Source of the DNA: Candidatus Bathyarchaeota archaeon
GTDB taxonomy: Archaea > Thermoproteota > Bathyarchaeia > Bathyarchaeales > Bathycorpusculaceae
Direction of reading: 5' to 3'
Length of the DNA stretch: 64,000 bases
Assembly (NCBI GenBank): GCA_963775465.1
Contig: CAVZIW010000001.1
Span: 1-64,000, forward strand
In this document: positions 47,933-58,388 of the stretch, in pieces
Position numbering within the stretch: position 1 is the stretch's first letter
How the letters are laid out: each line of letters begins with the position of its first letter
The notes under the pieces: generated by a model
Seen by the model: only the letters and a program-made list of their open reading frames with translations
The model's database searches: none
Told to the model about the DNA's origin: nothing
Program-made: the position numbers and the translations under genes

Positions 47933-49015
47933 CTACCTTTTAACTTTTGGATTCCTCTTAATTGGATTATAAATCATTGAAACACTTAGGCGGCGGCGAC
48001 TATTGGAGTTTACTAGTTCTCTGTTTATTCTTGTGTTTTCTCTGCCGTGGCTTCCATGTCCTATCCGTTTGATTCTCCAATGATCAATGTTTCCCCTGAT
48101 AATCTGAGGATTGCTTGTAACCATATAGAAGGGCATTTTAGTTTGGGAAGTGTAGAGTTCGGCGATAAAGTTTAGGAATTTTCCCAGCCGATTCCCTGAA
48201 AGTCAGGTAATACAACAAGTCGTGAAACTCGAAAATAGTTTGATTTCATTTTAATGCAAATACTGCAGTGAATGCGACTAGGTTTGTCCTGATAAAGGCA
48301 CAGTAGCATCTAACGCCTGCTCCTAAGGCTGCCGTTTAGATAGTGATATTGCCGAAACATTTGCCAAATGGAATCGCCGCACCGATAGACGTTGAGTTCA
48401 ACGGGCGGCCTGGCTCTTTTTTTCGACTAAATTCCATGGTGTCAGTGCAGAAGACCCAATCGGGATCCAGCCAGTCAACGACATCATAGTGGCAAGTAAC
48501 AGCTATGAACTTCTTTTTGGATCGGCGAACAGCCATGCTGATGGCAAACGCGCTAACTTTTGCGATTTCGCGGTCGACAACTGGTAAACTCATCGAAGAC
48601 AATCAAACGCTCGTCCAGGGAGAGCGCCTTGCAATATCCACTCGCATCTTTTCTCCTTGGCTGAGGCAATCATAGCTTTTTAGCCAATCGGGTGGAGAAG
48701 CAAAGCCGACGCTGCAAAGCATCCTTGTAATCTCAGAGGTTTCAAGCCCCTCGGGGAAATCATCTAGAACGCATTTGTTCGTGTACTCAAAGCCTCGAAT
48801 ATAGGCGTCGGGAAAAAGTTGTTTTGCAATGCTGGTTTTACCAGACCCACTACGACCGACGATAACGCCGATTTGCCAATCAAAATCCTCAAGCGGCAAA
48901 GAACCCAAAACCGCTTCTCCAATTTAACATCATTAAGCGTATAGCTCCTACGACGCTTTGCGCCCAAAGCTGTCTGATTCTTCCCAGCGTTTTACAATGT
49001 CAAAATCCGTAGCCT
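47933..49015 (-). pseudogene. Frameshifted ABC-ATPase plus GNAT-like gene(s)
   Basis: VGRSGSGKTS, LSQGEKMR, VVDREIAK, VTCHYD, then RLVVLPDFQG(I)G and MVTSNP spread across several frames. Confidence 0.7.
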
Positions 49016-49061
49016 ATATCCCTCCAATTTTAGCTTCTCATACTTGGCTTTCTGATCAGCT

Positions 49062-49565
49062 TCATCTCTGCACTCGACGATTATCTCGTAGGTTCCAGGA
49101 ATCGAAAAAGAGATGTCCGCGATCATCCACCTCTATAGGGAGCTGCTCGCCTACCGATTCGAGAAGTGCCTTCAACTCTTCCCTTTCGCCATCCTCAACT
49201 ATACGCAAGTACTCAGCACTGTCCAGCTCTCTGTTGTGTTTACCTCTTAGCTTGTTAAGCACCTGCCTCAACAATCGCCGATCAACGTCTTTAACGGGCA
49301 AACGGATAACACTGCATTCGGTCATGCCAAGCTCCTTCATAGCGGTAACACGCTGCTGCCCATCAGCCACCAAAAATTCACTGTTAGTGACGACTGGAAC
49401 GATGTCACCCCATCTTCTAATCGAAGCTTTCAAGCGGTCAAGCTGCGCAAGGCTCATCCGGTCGGGATTATCTTGGTCAAACTTGAGATCACTGATTTTC
49501 ACGCGCTCCGACATCGGAATAGGAATTTCTCGGTCTCGCTCAGTTTCGACTTGTCGGTGGCTCAT
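49062..49565 (-). CDS. ParB-like N-terminal domain protein (virus-like)
   Basis: NPDRM, LKASIRRWG.IVPVV, ADGQQR..A, LNKLRG. Confidence 0.75.
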   Translation of the reverse strand: MSHRQVETERDREIPIPMSERVKISDLKFDQDNPDRMSLAQLDRLKASIRRWGDIVPVVTNSEFLVADGQQRVTAMKELGMTECSVIRLPVKDVDRRLLRQVLNKLRGKHNRELDSAEYLRIVEDGEREELKALLESVGEQLPIEVDDRGHLFFDSWNLRDNRRVQR

Positions 49566-49586
49566 ATTTTCGGATTCTCCATTTCA

Positions 49587-50351
49587 TTTTCTCTTGTCGG
49601 TAATTGGTTAATTTGGACATTTTGGGTATTCTTCTTAAACCAGTCGCATGGCTCCGAGCAAGTCGGACACTTATCTCTAAGGTATCGAGCGTTACGTGCG
49701 TCAGTCTCCGCGTTTTCCGCTTGTTCTTGCTGTTCTTCTAACTCGTCTTGCTTAGCTTGCTCGGGTGTCCTGTTAGCGATAAACTGCTGTATGTTCTCGG
49801 TTGTTTTGAAAACGTGATGTGTTCACAGTAGCGCTCAAAACTCTCGGGAGAAAATAGGTCATGGTTCCACGCTGCATAGACGGGAGCTAAACGCCTTTCC
49901 TGTTCACCTTCGCAAAGGTCCCAGTAGCCGGCGTGTTAAAAATTGCTTCCTCTGCTCTATTGCTCTCTAAACTTACGTGTTTCTTCGATAAGCCAATAAA
50001 ACCGAGCGTAAAATACCCAGTTAGCCATAGGATCTTTATACGTTACAAAAGCATCTGTGAAGACTTGGAAAACCTCTAGTATTCTAGCAATAAACCGACG
50101 GTCTGCTTCATCAACAAGTGCCTGGTCATCCGTTGATAAAGGATTAACAGCGGTATCTCTCCTTCTAAGGTTCTTCCATTCCGTCGGCATGGTATTGTAA
50201 GATTTGGGTTGTCGTACCTATGTAATTCGTTTTCTGCTTCATTTAACGCTGCGTCTCTATTATCCCATGTTATTCTTGTTGTACCCTCTTTTGGGTGTTC
50301 AGGTAACACATTTTTTTCCAAAAAATGAAGTTTCCTGCTTAAAATGTTCAT
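49587..50351 (-). pseudogene. Fragmented hypothetical gene
   Basis: Overlapping short ORFs 50076-50351 and 49957-50190 in different frames, followed by a CPTC-containing tail. Confidence 0.4.
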
Positions 50352-50895
50352 TTCTTCTTATCCTCCGGTTTCGGTATTAGTATACTGTTCTTGAGCTTCT
50401 CCTCTAACGTTAACACCCGAATCTCCAACTCCTCGTCCTTAAGCAAGGGACAAGCTGAGACCGCCGAAACCAAAACTCTCGCCCAGCCCAGCTTAGCTTT
50501 GTCGCTGTTTCCGCCCCATGAATTTTTTTGTGGGACAGGCTTAAAACACCGTCTAATACGCGAAATAACGTGTTTCTGCGCTCCTTCGCTGAACGGTTTA
50601 ATGATGGTTTCGTGGCGGTTTCAACTTCAACTCTGCCCCAAGTTGCATTTTGCCTCTCTTAGTTTAGCTCCTTCACCAAGGAGAAAAGACAACAAGCCGA
50701 CTAGGCGCTAAGACAGCACAAAACAAGGCAACAAATAATCTATGCGTACTAAAGAAATAAGATTATTGGTAGATGAGAGGCAAATTTCTATTTCCGATAA
50801 ATTCCAAGTGTTTTATCATGAGAGCTTTTCTTCTTTTAGTTAATGCAAACACTCCTCGGAAAAAAAGAAAAAAGGATTGCTAATTAGCGTATGTT

Positions 50896-51873
50896 TTAAT
50901 CTAAGCTGTTTGACCAAAGAACAAGTTCATTTAGCCTTTGCATTACAGTCTGGAATATTGGAAGGTCAATATGCGCCCCACCAGGGACAATGTAGTATCT
51001 GTGCAAGTCATCGTTTCCCACTGCTGCTAAAGCCTGATGGTATGCGATTACAAAGTTTGGTGGACAAACAGGGTCTATTTGTCCATAGATGCTGATAATT
51101 GGAATTTTAATGTCGAGCTGTTGATTTGGGTCTATTTTAGCATAAACTTGAGGTTTGCTATCAGGGTTTCCGCCAGTCTCAGCGAAAGCATCATCCATAA
51201 TACTTATTAAGAAAGCCTGGAATCCTGAGGCAGCAGCATCCGTTTGAGGAATCAGTGGCAACCCCATTAGTTGTTTAACTTGATCAAGAGTCATGGTAGA
51301 CACCATCATGCAATAATTGACAGTATTAGCAAAGTCTTTTGCTCCGCATATGTCAAGAACCCCGCTGTATAATTCTGGGTATTTTTCTCCAGTCAATATG
51401 GCAACTGCTCCTCCCATTGAGCCGCCCATCAGAAACACTTTGCCCGTAGCTCCATATTTACCGATTACATATTCTGTCAATTGATGAGTTCGAATAATGG
51501 CTTCTGTTATAGGCCAGCCTGTGGCACCATAGTTTGAGCATGCAAAAGCAAAGCCCTCGTCTAATATTTTCTCACTAATTCTGTTGCGTATATCGTCTTG
51601 ATATAATAGATGGCAGTTCAAGTTATCTACGGGAAATTGGTACCAGGGGCATCCTACTACTAGCATTCCGTTCCAGTTATCAGGAATTTGAATTATGTAA
51701 GCTGCATCGCCAAGTGTTCCTGTGATTTGTGTATAATCCGTACCTTCGGGGGTCGTCAAATCGGTGGTTGCTGGTTTTGCGCCTGCTGGAGCAAAAGTTG
51801 CAGACATCATCAACACGGTCAAGATCAAAACAATAACTAAACTTTTCACTGCTCCTTTCACTATCTTACTCAT
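50896..51873 (-). CDS. Secreted alpha/beta hydrolase
   Basis: Signal peptide, IPDNWNG.LV, nucleophile elbow GGSMGG, D in GQIDP, H in GGAH. Confidence 0.85.
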   Translation of the reverse strand: MSKIVKGAVKSLVIVLILTVLMMSATFAPAGAKPATTDLTTPEGTDYTQITGTLGDAAYIIQIPDNWNGMLVVGCPWYQFPVDNLNCHLLYQDDIRNRISEKILDEGFAFACSNYGATGWPITEAIIRTHQLTEYVIGKYGATGKVFLMGGSMGGAVAILTGEKYPELYSGVLDICGAKDFANTVNYCMMVSTMTLDQVKQLMGLPLIPQTDAAASGFQAFLISIMDDAFAETGGNPDSKPQVYAKIDPNQQLDIKIPIISIYGQIDPVCPPNFVIAYHQALAAVGNDDLHRYYIVPGGAHIDLPIFQTVMQRLNELVLWSNSLD

Positions 51874-51937
51874 TCTCTATCACCTCCTTTAGACGCTTGA
51901 CAAAAAAATTGTTATTTGTTTGAGGTTATATTTTGGA

Positions 51938-51964
51938 GTGAGTCACAAAATGTTAGTGACCACA
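51938..51964. promoter_or_regulatory. Palindromic operator copy 1
   Basis: GTGAGTCAC-AAAATGTTA-GTGACCACA next to a minus-strand BRE/TATA. Confidence 0.75.
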
Positions 51965-52084
51965 ACCATAGCATATCGTCTAAAAGAGCAACCCACGCTT
52001 GGCAAAAATGAATTACTCTATGTCTGCACAAGAATAATCAGAAAGCCTTTTACATGCAAAGAATTTCGTACTGGCCGATATTAG

Positions 52085-52552
52085 TTAACTCTGATTTTTG
52101 TCAACAGCGTCTTCAATTTTTGGAGGAATCTCCGAACCTAAAATATTCCATGTTTTATTCCTTAGCCACTTCATACTTGTTTTAGTCTGTTTTGAACAAA
52201 GAACATGTTGACCTGTCTGTGAAAACTCCTTAAGGGCAGTTGCATCGTCAAAAACAGCCAACTGTATAACATTCTTGCTCAAGAACTCCAGTCGTGCAGT
52301 AAATCCTGCAACCCCTTTTGCCACCTCTAATTGTTTTTGAACCTTGCGAGCCCTTATAAGAAAGGTGAAATAAGACCACACTGATTTTCGTTCAGCAATT
52401 GCTCCATAAGCGAGATAAGATTTTGAAGGGTCTACTTCTTTATATTCTTGCCATGGGACAGTTACCATTTTTGTCACAAACCCCTTTTCTATGTAAGTAT
52501 GACAGTGCGTTGTTATATTTTGTAGTGGGTCGCAAAATGTTAGTGACCACAA
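52085..52552 (-). CDS. DUF3291/monooxygenase-like hypothetical protein
   Basis: QL..AKGVAGF, F.D..AL..F..G.H pattern; true start probably MVTVPW. Confidence 0.6.
   Translation of the reverse strand: MWSLTFCDPLQNITTHCHTYIEKGFVTKMVTVPWQEYKEVDPSKSYLAYGAIAERKSVWSYFTFLIRARKVQKQLEVAKGVAGFTARLEFLSKNVIQLAVFDDATALKEFSQTGQHVLCSKQTKTSMKWLRNKTWNILGSEIPPKIEDAVDKNQS
52525..52551. promoter_or_regulatory. Palindromic operator copy 2
   Basis: GTGGGTCGC-AAAATGTTA-GTGACCACA with the same spacing to TATA. Confidence 0.75.
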
Positions 52553-52590
52553 CTCCAGAACAGTGATTATGACTGAGGGTGCTTTTCAGT

Positions 52591-52905
52591 TCAAATGTCA
52601 AGGATGTCAATTTTGTGTTTTTGCGCTTCTTCTGCTTCACTTATCTTCTCTGCAGCAAACATGTCCAGCACTTTCTCAAAAGGCAACGCGTAAAAAACAG
52701 CCGGGCGCTCCATTGTCGCGTATACGAGCCCTTTTCTCTGCAAACTCTCAAGACATGTATAAATCTGTTGTTTGGACAATTTCATTTCAGTGAATATGAC
52801 CTTGGCCTTGCTTGGTCCTTTCTTGGATAGGAACACGTAAGTTTTAGCTTCTGTGTGGCCCAAGCCAAAGCCCTTGAGAGTTTTCTTTAGTTTCTCTAGA
52901 CCCAT
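52591..52905 (-). CDS. TrmB-family HTH-only protein
   Basis: GL...EAKTYVFL...G, QIY.CL.SL..KGLV, PAVFYA. Confidence 0.8.
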   Translation of the reverse strand: MGLEKLKKTLKGFGLGHTEAKTYVFLSKKGPSKAKVIFTEMKLSKQQIYTCLESLQRKGLVYATMERPAVFYALPFEKVLDMFAAEKISEAEEAQKHKIDILDI

Positions 52906-52980
52906 TTTCCTTTGTTCAACCTTAGTTTATTTTAAGTAATAAAAAAGAAAGAAAGTAACAAGCTGCACCGATAATATTGC

Positions 52981-53697
52981 TTATGGTGGAACCCAGGTCG
53001 CTATTCCGTGCATCGTTATAAAGCACTCAGTCATTTCACTGCCCCATCCTGGACTTGTGAAAACTCCGTTTGCATTAAAACCCATTTGATCTATGTAGCC
53101 TGTCCATCCTGAAGCTCCTGGATAACCTGTTAAGCTAGTGATCGATTCACTGTGTATTGAACCGCCAACTTTGTTCAACTCAATCGTGAAAGCAGGAATG
53201 ACTACTGGCACTGCAGTAGTAAGTGAAGTCGGCCAAATTACTGTCTGCGGAGCAGTTAGAGCAATTGTTATGCTGTTGCCATGCCTTTCAACTTGGAGCA
53301 CACTTTCAGAAACAGCTTTCATATTTGGTGGGAATATTGAGCAGGGAAATCCACTTAAGAGAGCTTTATTCCATGCTAAGAGTTCAGCATTGCTGTTGGT
53401 GGTGAAGTATGCTAGAGGTATCCATGTTCCAGGTCCATAAGGCATGTCTATTTCTATGTTGTCTGCGGGACCGTAGGTTCCAGCTTCTACGTCAATACCC
53501 TTAATGCGAAGCACTACTGATGAAGAACCAGCTGTAGGCCAATCGTTTGGTGCCGTGACAAATCCATATCCATTACTCACATAGATTATGTCCGCTCCTT
53601 CTGGAACATTCATGTTCTTAGCGAAAACAGGAGTAAGCAAGGTTGAAACCATTAACAAGGACAACGTGAGAAGGGCAAATGCTCTTTTTTCATCCAT
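52981..53697 (-). CDS. Secreted hypothetical protein
   Basis: Signal peptide, SD GGAGG. Confidence 0.75.
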   Translation of the reverse strand: MDEKRAFALLTLSLLMVSTLLTPVFAKNMNVPEGADIIYVSNGYGFVTAPNDWPTAGSSSVVLRIKGIDVEAGTYGPADNIEIDMPYGPGTWIPLAYFTTNSNAELLAWNKALLSGFPCSIFPPNMKAVSESVLQVERHGNSITIALTAPQTVIWPTSLTTAVPVVIPAFTIELNKVGGSIHSESITSLTGYPGASGWTGYIDQMGFNANGVFTSPGWGSEMTECFITMHGIATWVPP

Positions 53698-53759
53698 TTT
53701 CCACCTCCTTTTTCATCTTTATTAAAGACCACTAAAACGGACAAAGGCTATATGTTATG

Positions 53760-53786
53760 GTGAGTCGCAAAATGTTAGTGACTCAT
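53760..53786. promoter_or_regulatory. Palindromic operator copy 3
   Basis: GTGAGTCGC-AAAATGTTA-GTGACTCAT in the divergent intergenic region. Confidence 0.75.
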
Positions 53787-53912
53787 TTGAAGAGACAAAA
53801 CCCCACAAATCTTATAAACAGTCTCAAAAGACTTCTGACTAATACTACATGGCTCGAAAAGCGAGCGGGCAGATGAGGGAAATTTAGCCAAGAACAAGTT
53901 CTCAAAACGCTC

Positions 53913-55946
53913 ATGGGTTTGGGACTGACAAGGTTGGATTCTCAAGTCTACATTTACCTCGCCAAGAAAGGCTCCTTAAGAGGGCAAGACTTATCAAAAG
54001 GTCTCAAAATGCAAAAGCAGCAGCTCTACCGCAGCCTGAAAAACCTGCAGAAACAAGGCATAGTCAACGCCACTTTGGAGTATCCCGCTCGATTCAATGC
54101 CGTTTCCTTTGACAAAGTCGTCGATATATTTGTAAAAGCCAAAATGGCGGAAGCACACCAAATTCAAGAGACCAGAGATGAAATTCTGGCTAATTGGCAA
54201 TCCATAAATCTTGCCGACTCACTAGACTCAACTGCAAAATTCAACTTAATAGAGGGCAGAGGACCCGTCTATGCCAAGATAATTCAGATGATTAAGGAAG
54301 CAAAAAACAATATAGCAACAATATCCACAGTCACAGGCTTAATCAGAGCTGATCAATTCGGAGTCTTTAATGAAGATTTAGCCACCCAGATCCCATTTAA
54401 GATTCGTTTTCGCGCCATTACTGAATTGACCGAACAGAACATAGAGATAGTAAGAAACCTAATCAAGGACTTCGATAATGCAAGGTTCAGTTTCGAAGCA
54501 AAAACACCTGAATTAAGCTTGAAGCTTCCTCAGCTTGTTTTAAAGGATGAGGATGAAATATTGTTCTTCATTACTCCAAACTTGAATTTCTCTGCACCAG
54601 AAAATGAAGACATGTGTCTCTGGACGAACTGCAAGTCTCTCGTCCAAGCGTTTACGGGTGTCTTCGAGGATCTATGGCAAAATTCCACAGCTATTGAAGC
54701 TAAAATTTTAGAGATTAAAACTGGTATACCTGCAACCCCTAAAACATACGTTATCAAGGATGCCAAGTCAGCTTACAAAAAATGGGACTACAGCTTGAAC
54801 AGGGCTGAAAAAGAAATAATAATCGTGACTTCCCCTGCAGGTCTAACGCAACTTTGCAGAAACAATCAACTCATTGAAACGTGGATGAAAAAAGATCTCT
54901 CGGTGAAGATAATGACTCCTATTTCGAGTCAGAATATAAGTGATGCTCAACTTTTATCGCGGCATTATCAAGTAAGGCACATTCCAGCAGAATATGTTGG
55001 AACAACTTTAGTTGATGGAAAACATCTTTTCCAATTCAAGAATCAACCGATCAACAATGTGAACAACTCGTCATCAGAATTAACTTTTGAGAATATTTTC
55101 TACACGAACGATATTGAATACGTTGAGAAAACAAGAATCATGTTGAATGATATTTGGAAAAATGCTCAAGTGCCTTCAAACCTTACACTTGAATCAATTA
55201 ATCGAGCTAATTCAATGGTCGCAGATCTTTCTGAAACTGCCATTCCTAAAACAATGAATAGAATATACCGTACTCAGCTTTCAATAACCGAAGAAAACAA
55301 TGAACAGCTAACAGAAAAGAACATAATAAACAAGATGGTCAATCCCGAATATCTTGCCCAAGGGCGAGCAAATTGCACGGTGAAAACTTTTAGTACAAAT
55401 TGTCAAGCGCTCATTCACCCACCTGCGAATTTTAAACTAACTGATTTCTTGATTCATATTTATCATATTGAGAAAACATCAACAAATGGCGAGGAAGATT
55501 TTATTTCAATATTCCCTTGGATGAACACGCTACTAGGATATGCTTATGTGCCCGCCGTCGTTTTGACCGATAATCCTAAGGCCGTTGATTTCTGGAAACG
55601 ATTCTTAGTGGGTACTCCTTCTGAGAATAATGTCAGACTAGTTGATAAAGGAACAATACAGGTGCGCACTCGTGGAAACACTTTTTTCGCGAGTTGGAAT
55701 ACCGAAATTCCATATCTTGATGAATACGTTGTACCCCCGTCATGTTTGATGGTTGAAGGATATGGAAAACTCAAAACAGTTGCATATTCCGTAGCAGTTG
55801 CTTCTGGCTATAAGATGAAGACAGAAGGAAACATCTTTACAGATGCATTTGTAACATTTTACCATCCAAAATCAAAATATTCAGGACCAGGAACGGACGG
55901 CGTCTTAGGAAGAGACGTCATAATGGAATTTTACCCACCAAGTTAG
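53913..55946 (+). CDS. Large TrmB-family regulator (HTH, two effector/PLD-like domains, C-terminal domain)
   Basis: GLT.LD.QVY..L, QLYRSLKNLQ..GIV, PARF.AV; duplicated A...I.....GL / F..LW modules. Confidence 0.85.
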   Translation: MGLGLTRLDSQVYIYLAKKGSLRGQDLSKGLKMQKQQLYRSLKNLQKQGIVNATLEYPARFNAVSFDKVVDIFVKAKMAEAHQIQETRDEILANWQSINLADSLDSTAKFNLIEGRGPVYAKIIQMIKEAKNNIATISTVTGLIRADQFGVFNEDLATQIPFKIRFRAITELTEQNIEIVRNLIKDFDNARFSFEAKTPELSLKLPQLVLKDEDEILFFITPNLNFSAPENEDMCLWTNCKSLVQAFTGVFEDLWQNSTAIEAKILEIKTGIPATPKTYVIKDAKSAYKKWDYSLNRAEKEIIIVTSPAGLTQLCRNNQLIETWMKKDLSVKIMTPISSQNISDAQLLSRHYQVRHIPAEYVGTTLVDGKHLFQFKNQPINNVNNSSSELTFENIFYTNDIEYVEKTRIMLNDIWKNAQVPSNLTLESINRANSMVADLSETAIPKTMNRIYRTQLSITEENNEQLTEKNIINKMVNPEYLAQGRANCTVKTFSTNCQALIHPPANFKLTDFLIHIYHIEKTSTNGEEDFISIFPWMNTLLGYAYVPAVVLTDNPKAVDFWKRFLVGTPSENNVRLVDKGTIQVRTRGNTFFASWNTEIPYLDEYVVPPSCLMVEGYGKLKTVAYSVAVASGYKMKTEGNIFTDAFVTFYHPKSKYSGPGTDGVLGRDVIMEFYPPS

Positions 55947-56076
55947 GCAAAATATAAGCCTAATTCACTGAGCTAAAAAAAGGAAGATTTTGCGGGAGAC
56001 ATCGCCATTCAGGGTATGTTCCTCCAAACAGTAGGTCTTTTTGGCTGAACTGTAAAATGATGGTTTCTTGCGCGCG

Positions 56077-56193
56077 CCTAGCCCTTCACCAACAATTCCA
56101 GAATTTCCAACATGGATCCTAATCGGCTTAATAATGGGAATGATCATCATTTCTGTCTCCTTATTCATAAAATTTAAAAAAACTAAAGCCTAA
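56077..56193 (+). pseudogene. Orphan PEF-CTERM-like sorting-signal fragment
   Basis: PSPSPTIPEFPTW followed by a TM helix and KFKKTKA*; stop codon shortly upstream. Confidence 0.6.
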
Positions 56194-56346
56194 CCCTGTT
56201 AGAATAATTAAAAGGTAAACAAAAAGAAATGCCTTAAGTCGAATTTTATTTTCGATAAATTCTTTTCAAATCTGAAATGCTACTTATAAAAAAGGGAGAT
56301 TGCAAAAACACGAAAAATGTTACTGTTGATGTCAACACCGTTGGGG

Positions 56347-56541
56347 TAGACCAAACTGGACTACGACCGGTCTGATGTTGTTTTGGGTTCCTAAGCCAAC
56401 ATTTTCGGAATAGCTTTGTTCGTCGGTTTTAGGTCTCTGGTCTAAGACATTCGTCAAATGCATTTTAAGTTTTATAATTTTATAAGTCTTCAGTTTTCGA
56501 TAAAGTGCTACTTTATCTATGTCTTTAATCCATTCAAAGTC
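56347..56541. repeat. Right direct repeat (att-like): tRNA 5' 24 nt plus integrase 3' end
   Basis: Identical to 33161-33355, followed by about 15 bp of synonymously diverged integrase codons (ELLED). Confidence 0.93.
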
Positions 56542-56781
56542 GTCTTCTAGCAACTCGAATAGCTTTCCTTAGTTGTTCATGGGGCAGGATAAAGTGTAGT
56601 GAGTTGTGGCAAGCTGGCACATGACGCTTCGAAATCTTTGTCAGCAATATTCGAAAACCAAACGATTAATGACACCTTTAAAATTAGGATAAGCTATCCT
56701 GTAAAGTGCGAATTTTACCTTTTGCTGTCAAAGGCGTTTTTTCACAACTAACTCGGTAACAATTAAAAAAACGCGAAATAA

Positions 56782-57090
56782 GTGTCATCTAGATCTTTCA
56801 AGTTTGGATTTAGGAAACACTCACTTAGGGCGATCATTTGTTTGCGACTTGAAAAAAACATTTTTGTTGGTGTTAAGGTGCTACCACATAGGAATAATAG
56901 GCACTTTTGGAATCTAATTTTTAGAGAATTACTTGTTGGATCGAGGTTGAATCTTGTGGTAAACTGCCCTGAATGTTTTGCGGAAGTTTCCGAACGCGAA
57001 AAATCAAATGATAATAGCGGTTTTTATCTTGTAACATATAGTTGCAGGGAATGTGGAGCTAAATTTAAGTTAGAACAATGGGTTAGTTGA
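56782..57090 (+). CDS. Small zinc-ribbon protein
   Basis: CPEC and CRECG..F; true start probably about 56950. Confidence 0.5.
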   Translation: MSSRSFKFGFRKHSLRAIICLRLEKNIFVGVKVLPHRNNRHFWNLIFRELLVGSRLNLVVNCPECFAEVSEREKSNDNSGFYLVTYSCRECGAKFKLEQWVS

Positions 57091-57408
57091 CCAGTCCCAA
57101 AAGAACATCTCTATACTACATAGCTCTCTAGAATCGTTTTACTATTTTGTTTTTTTGCGTCTAACCCTTAATATAATCAGCCAGAAACAAAATACTATTT
57201 TTATGATCAAAGACGAGTTCTTATCCCCTCGCCAACTATGTTTCTTCAAGAATAGCAGAGTTTAAACGAATTAAATATGATTAAGCCACATTTTGAATCT
57301 CTTCACTTTCAGTTCAGACCCTATTATTCAGCACAGTCGGTTGAGGTTACGGTTTAAAAACGAATCGGTGCTTTTGCTTATTCTTCGAAATAAGGGAGAA
57401 TTGAGAGT

Positions 57409-58131
57409 TTGAGTCAAAACATTATCGTTGAGCCTAAATTATCTCAACAGGTTTTTCCATTGAACCTAAGAAATGTCAACGAAGTTTTTCCAGGATTTGC
57501 ATTTGGCGATTTTGCTGTTCTGCAAGGAGTCTCTGTTTCATCGTTAACCTCGCTATTATGTGTCAAAGCTCAACTTCCAACTCAGCTAGGTGGTCTACAG
57601 AGTAATGTCGTTTTTATCGACGGTGGAAACACATTTAGACTCTACCAGATAGCTCAATTAGCGCAGCTTCATTGGTTAAATCCTCAAACGGTCTTAGACA
57701 ACATCTACATTTCAAGAGCGTTCACAGCCTACCAAGCAGCATCACTAATCAAACAGCACCTAAAACAAACCATCATAAAATACAACGCCAAGCTCGTGAT
57801 AATTTCAGACATTGCTGGATTTTTCTTGGATAAAGACATTCCTGAAGATGAGACTCAAAGAATCTTTGGGCAAGTCATGACTTTTCTTTCAAATTTTGCA
57901 CGCAAAACCCAAACGATCATTATCGCAACCTACCCACAACACGCCAAAAACCCAAGAAACGACTTGCTCCAGACCCAAACAATAAGAAAAGCAAACGTTG
58001 TGCTTTCTCTAAGAAAAACAAGTTACGCTCGACAATTTGTTTTAGAAAAACATCCCAGCCTATCCTTAGGAGTTGCTGAATTACCCCTAGAAGATTTGAC
58101 TTTAGACGATTTTGCGGAGGCAAATGCGTAG
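57409..58131 (+). CDS. Inactive RadA/RecA-like protein associated with PolB2
   Basis: QLP...GGL...V.FIDGGNTF, I.ISRAFTAYQ; no Walker A GK[ST]. Confidence 0.82.
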   Translation: MSQNIIVEPKLSQQVFPLNLRNVNEVFPGFAFGDFAVLQGVSVSSLTSLLCVKAQLPTQLGGLQSNVVFIDGGNTFRLYQIAQLAQLHWLNPQTVLDNIYISRAFTAYQAASLIKQHLKQTIIKYNAKLVIISDIAGFFLDKDIPEDETQRIFGQVMTFLSNFARKTQTIIIATYPQHAKNPRNDLLQTQTIRKANVVLSLRKTSYARQFVLEKHPSLSLGVAELPLEDLTLDDFAEANA

Positions 58132-58388
58132 TGGGCAAAACTGTTGAATGCTATCGCATGGCACTGGAAGATGAGATTAACCGGTGGAGCAGCCTTGGAA
58201 AAGCTCTAGGAATCGAGGATAAGCAGGCCTTCGATGCTTTGATGGATGCTTGCCGCACTTATGCATCTGCAGGCAGCAACGCGACCAAACCCATACTCTT
58301 TGAACCGATGCTCATGTCTATGCTGCTTATGCAACAGAAGAAAATTGGTATATTAGAGAAGGCTTTAGATGCAAAGCAGCAGCCTTAA
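58131..58388 (+). CDS. Small helical PolB2-associated protein (arCOG07300-like)
   Basis: MGKTV..YR.AL..E..RW....AL...D..AF..L; lies between the radA-like gene and polB2. Confidence 0.78.
   Translation: MGKTVECYRMALEDEINRWSSLGKALGIEDKQAFDALMDACRTYASAGSNATKPILFEPMLMSMLLMQQKKIGILEKALDAKQQP

Noticed and set aside
55965-56168. Minus-strand 67-aa ORF
   Set aside because: It is the antisense shadow of the plus-strand PEF-CTERM fragment.
56332-56553. 73-aa ORF as an independent gene
   Set aside because: It is the duplicated integrase tail within the right direct repeat.
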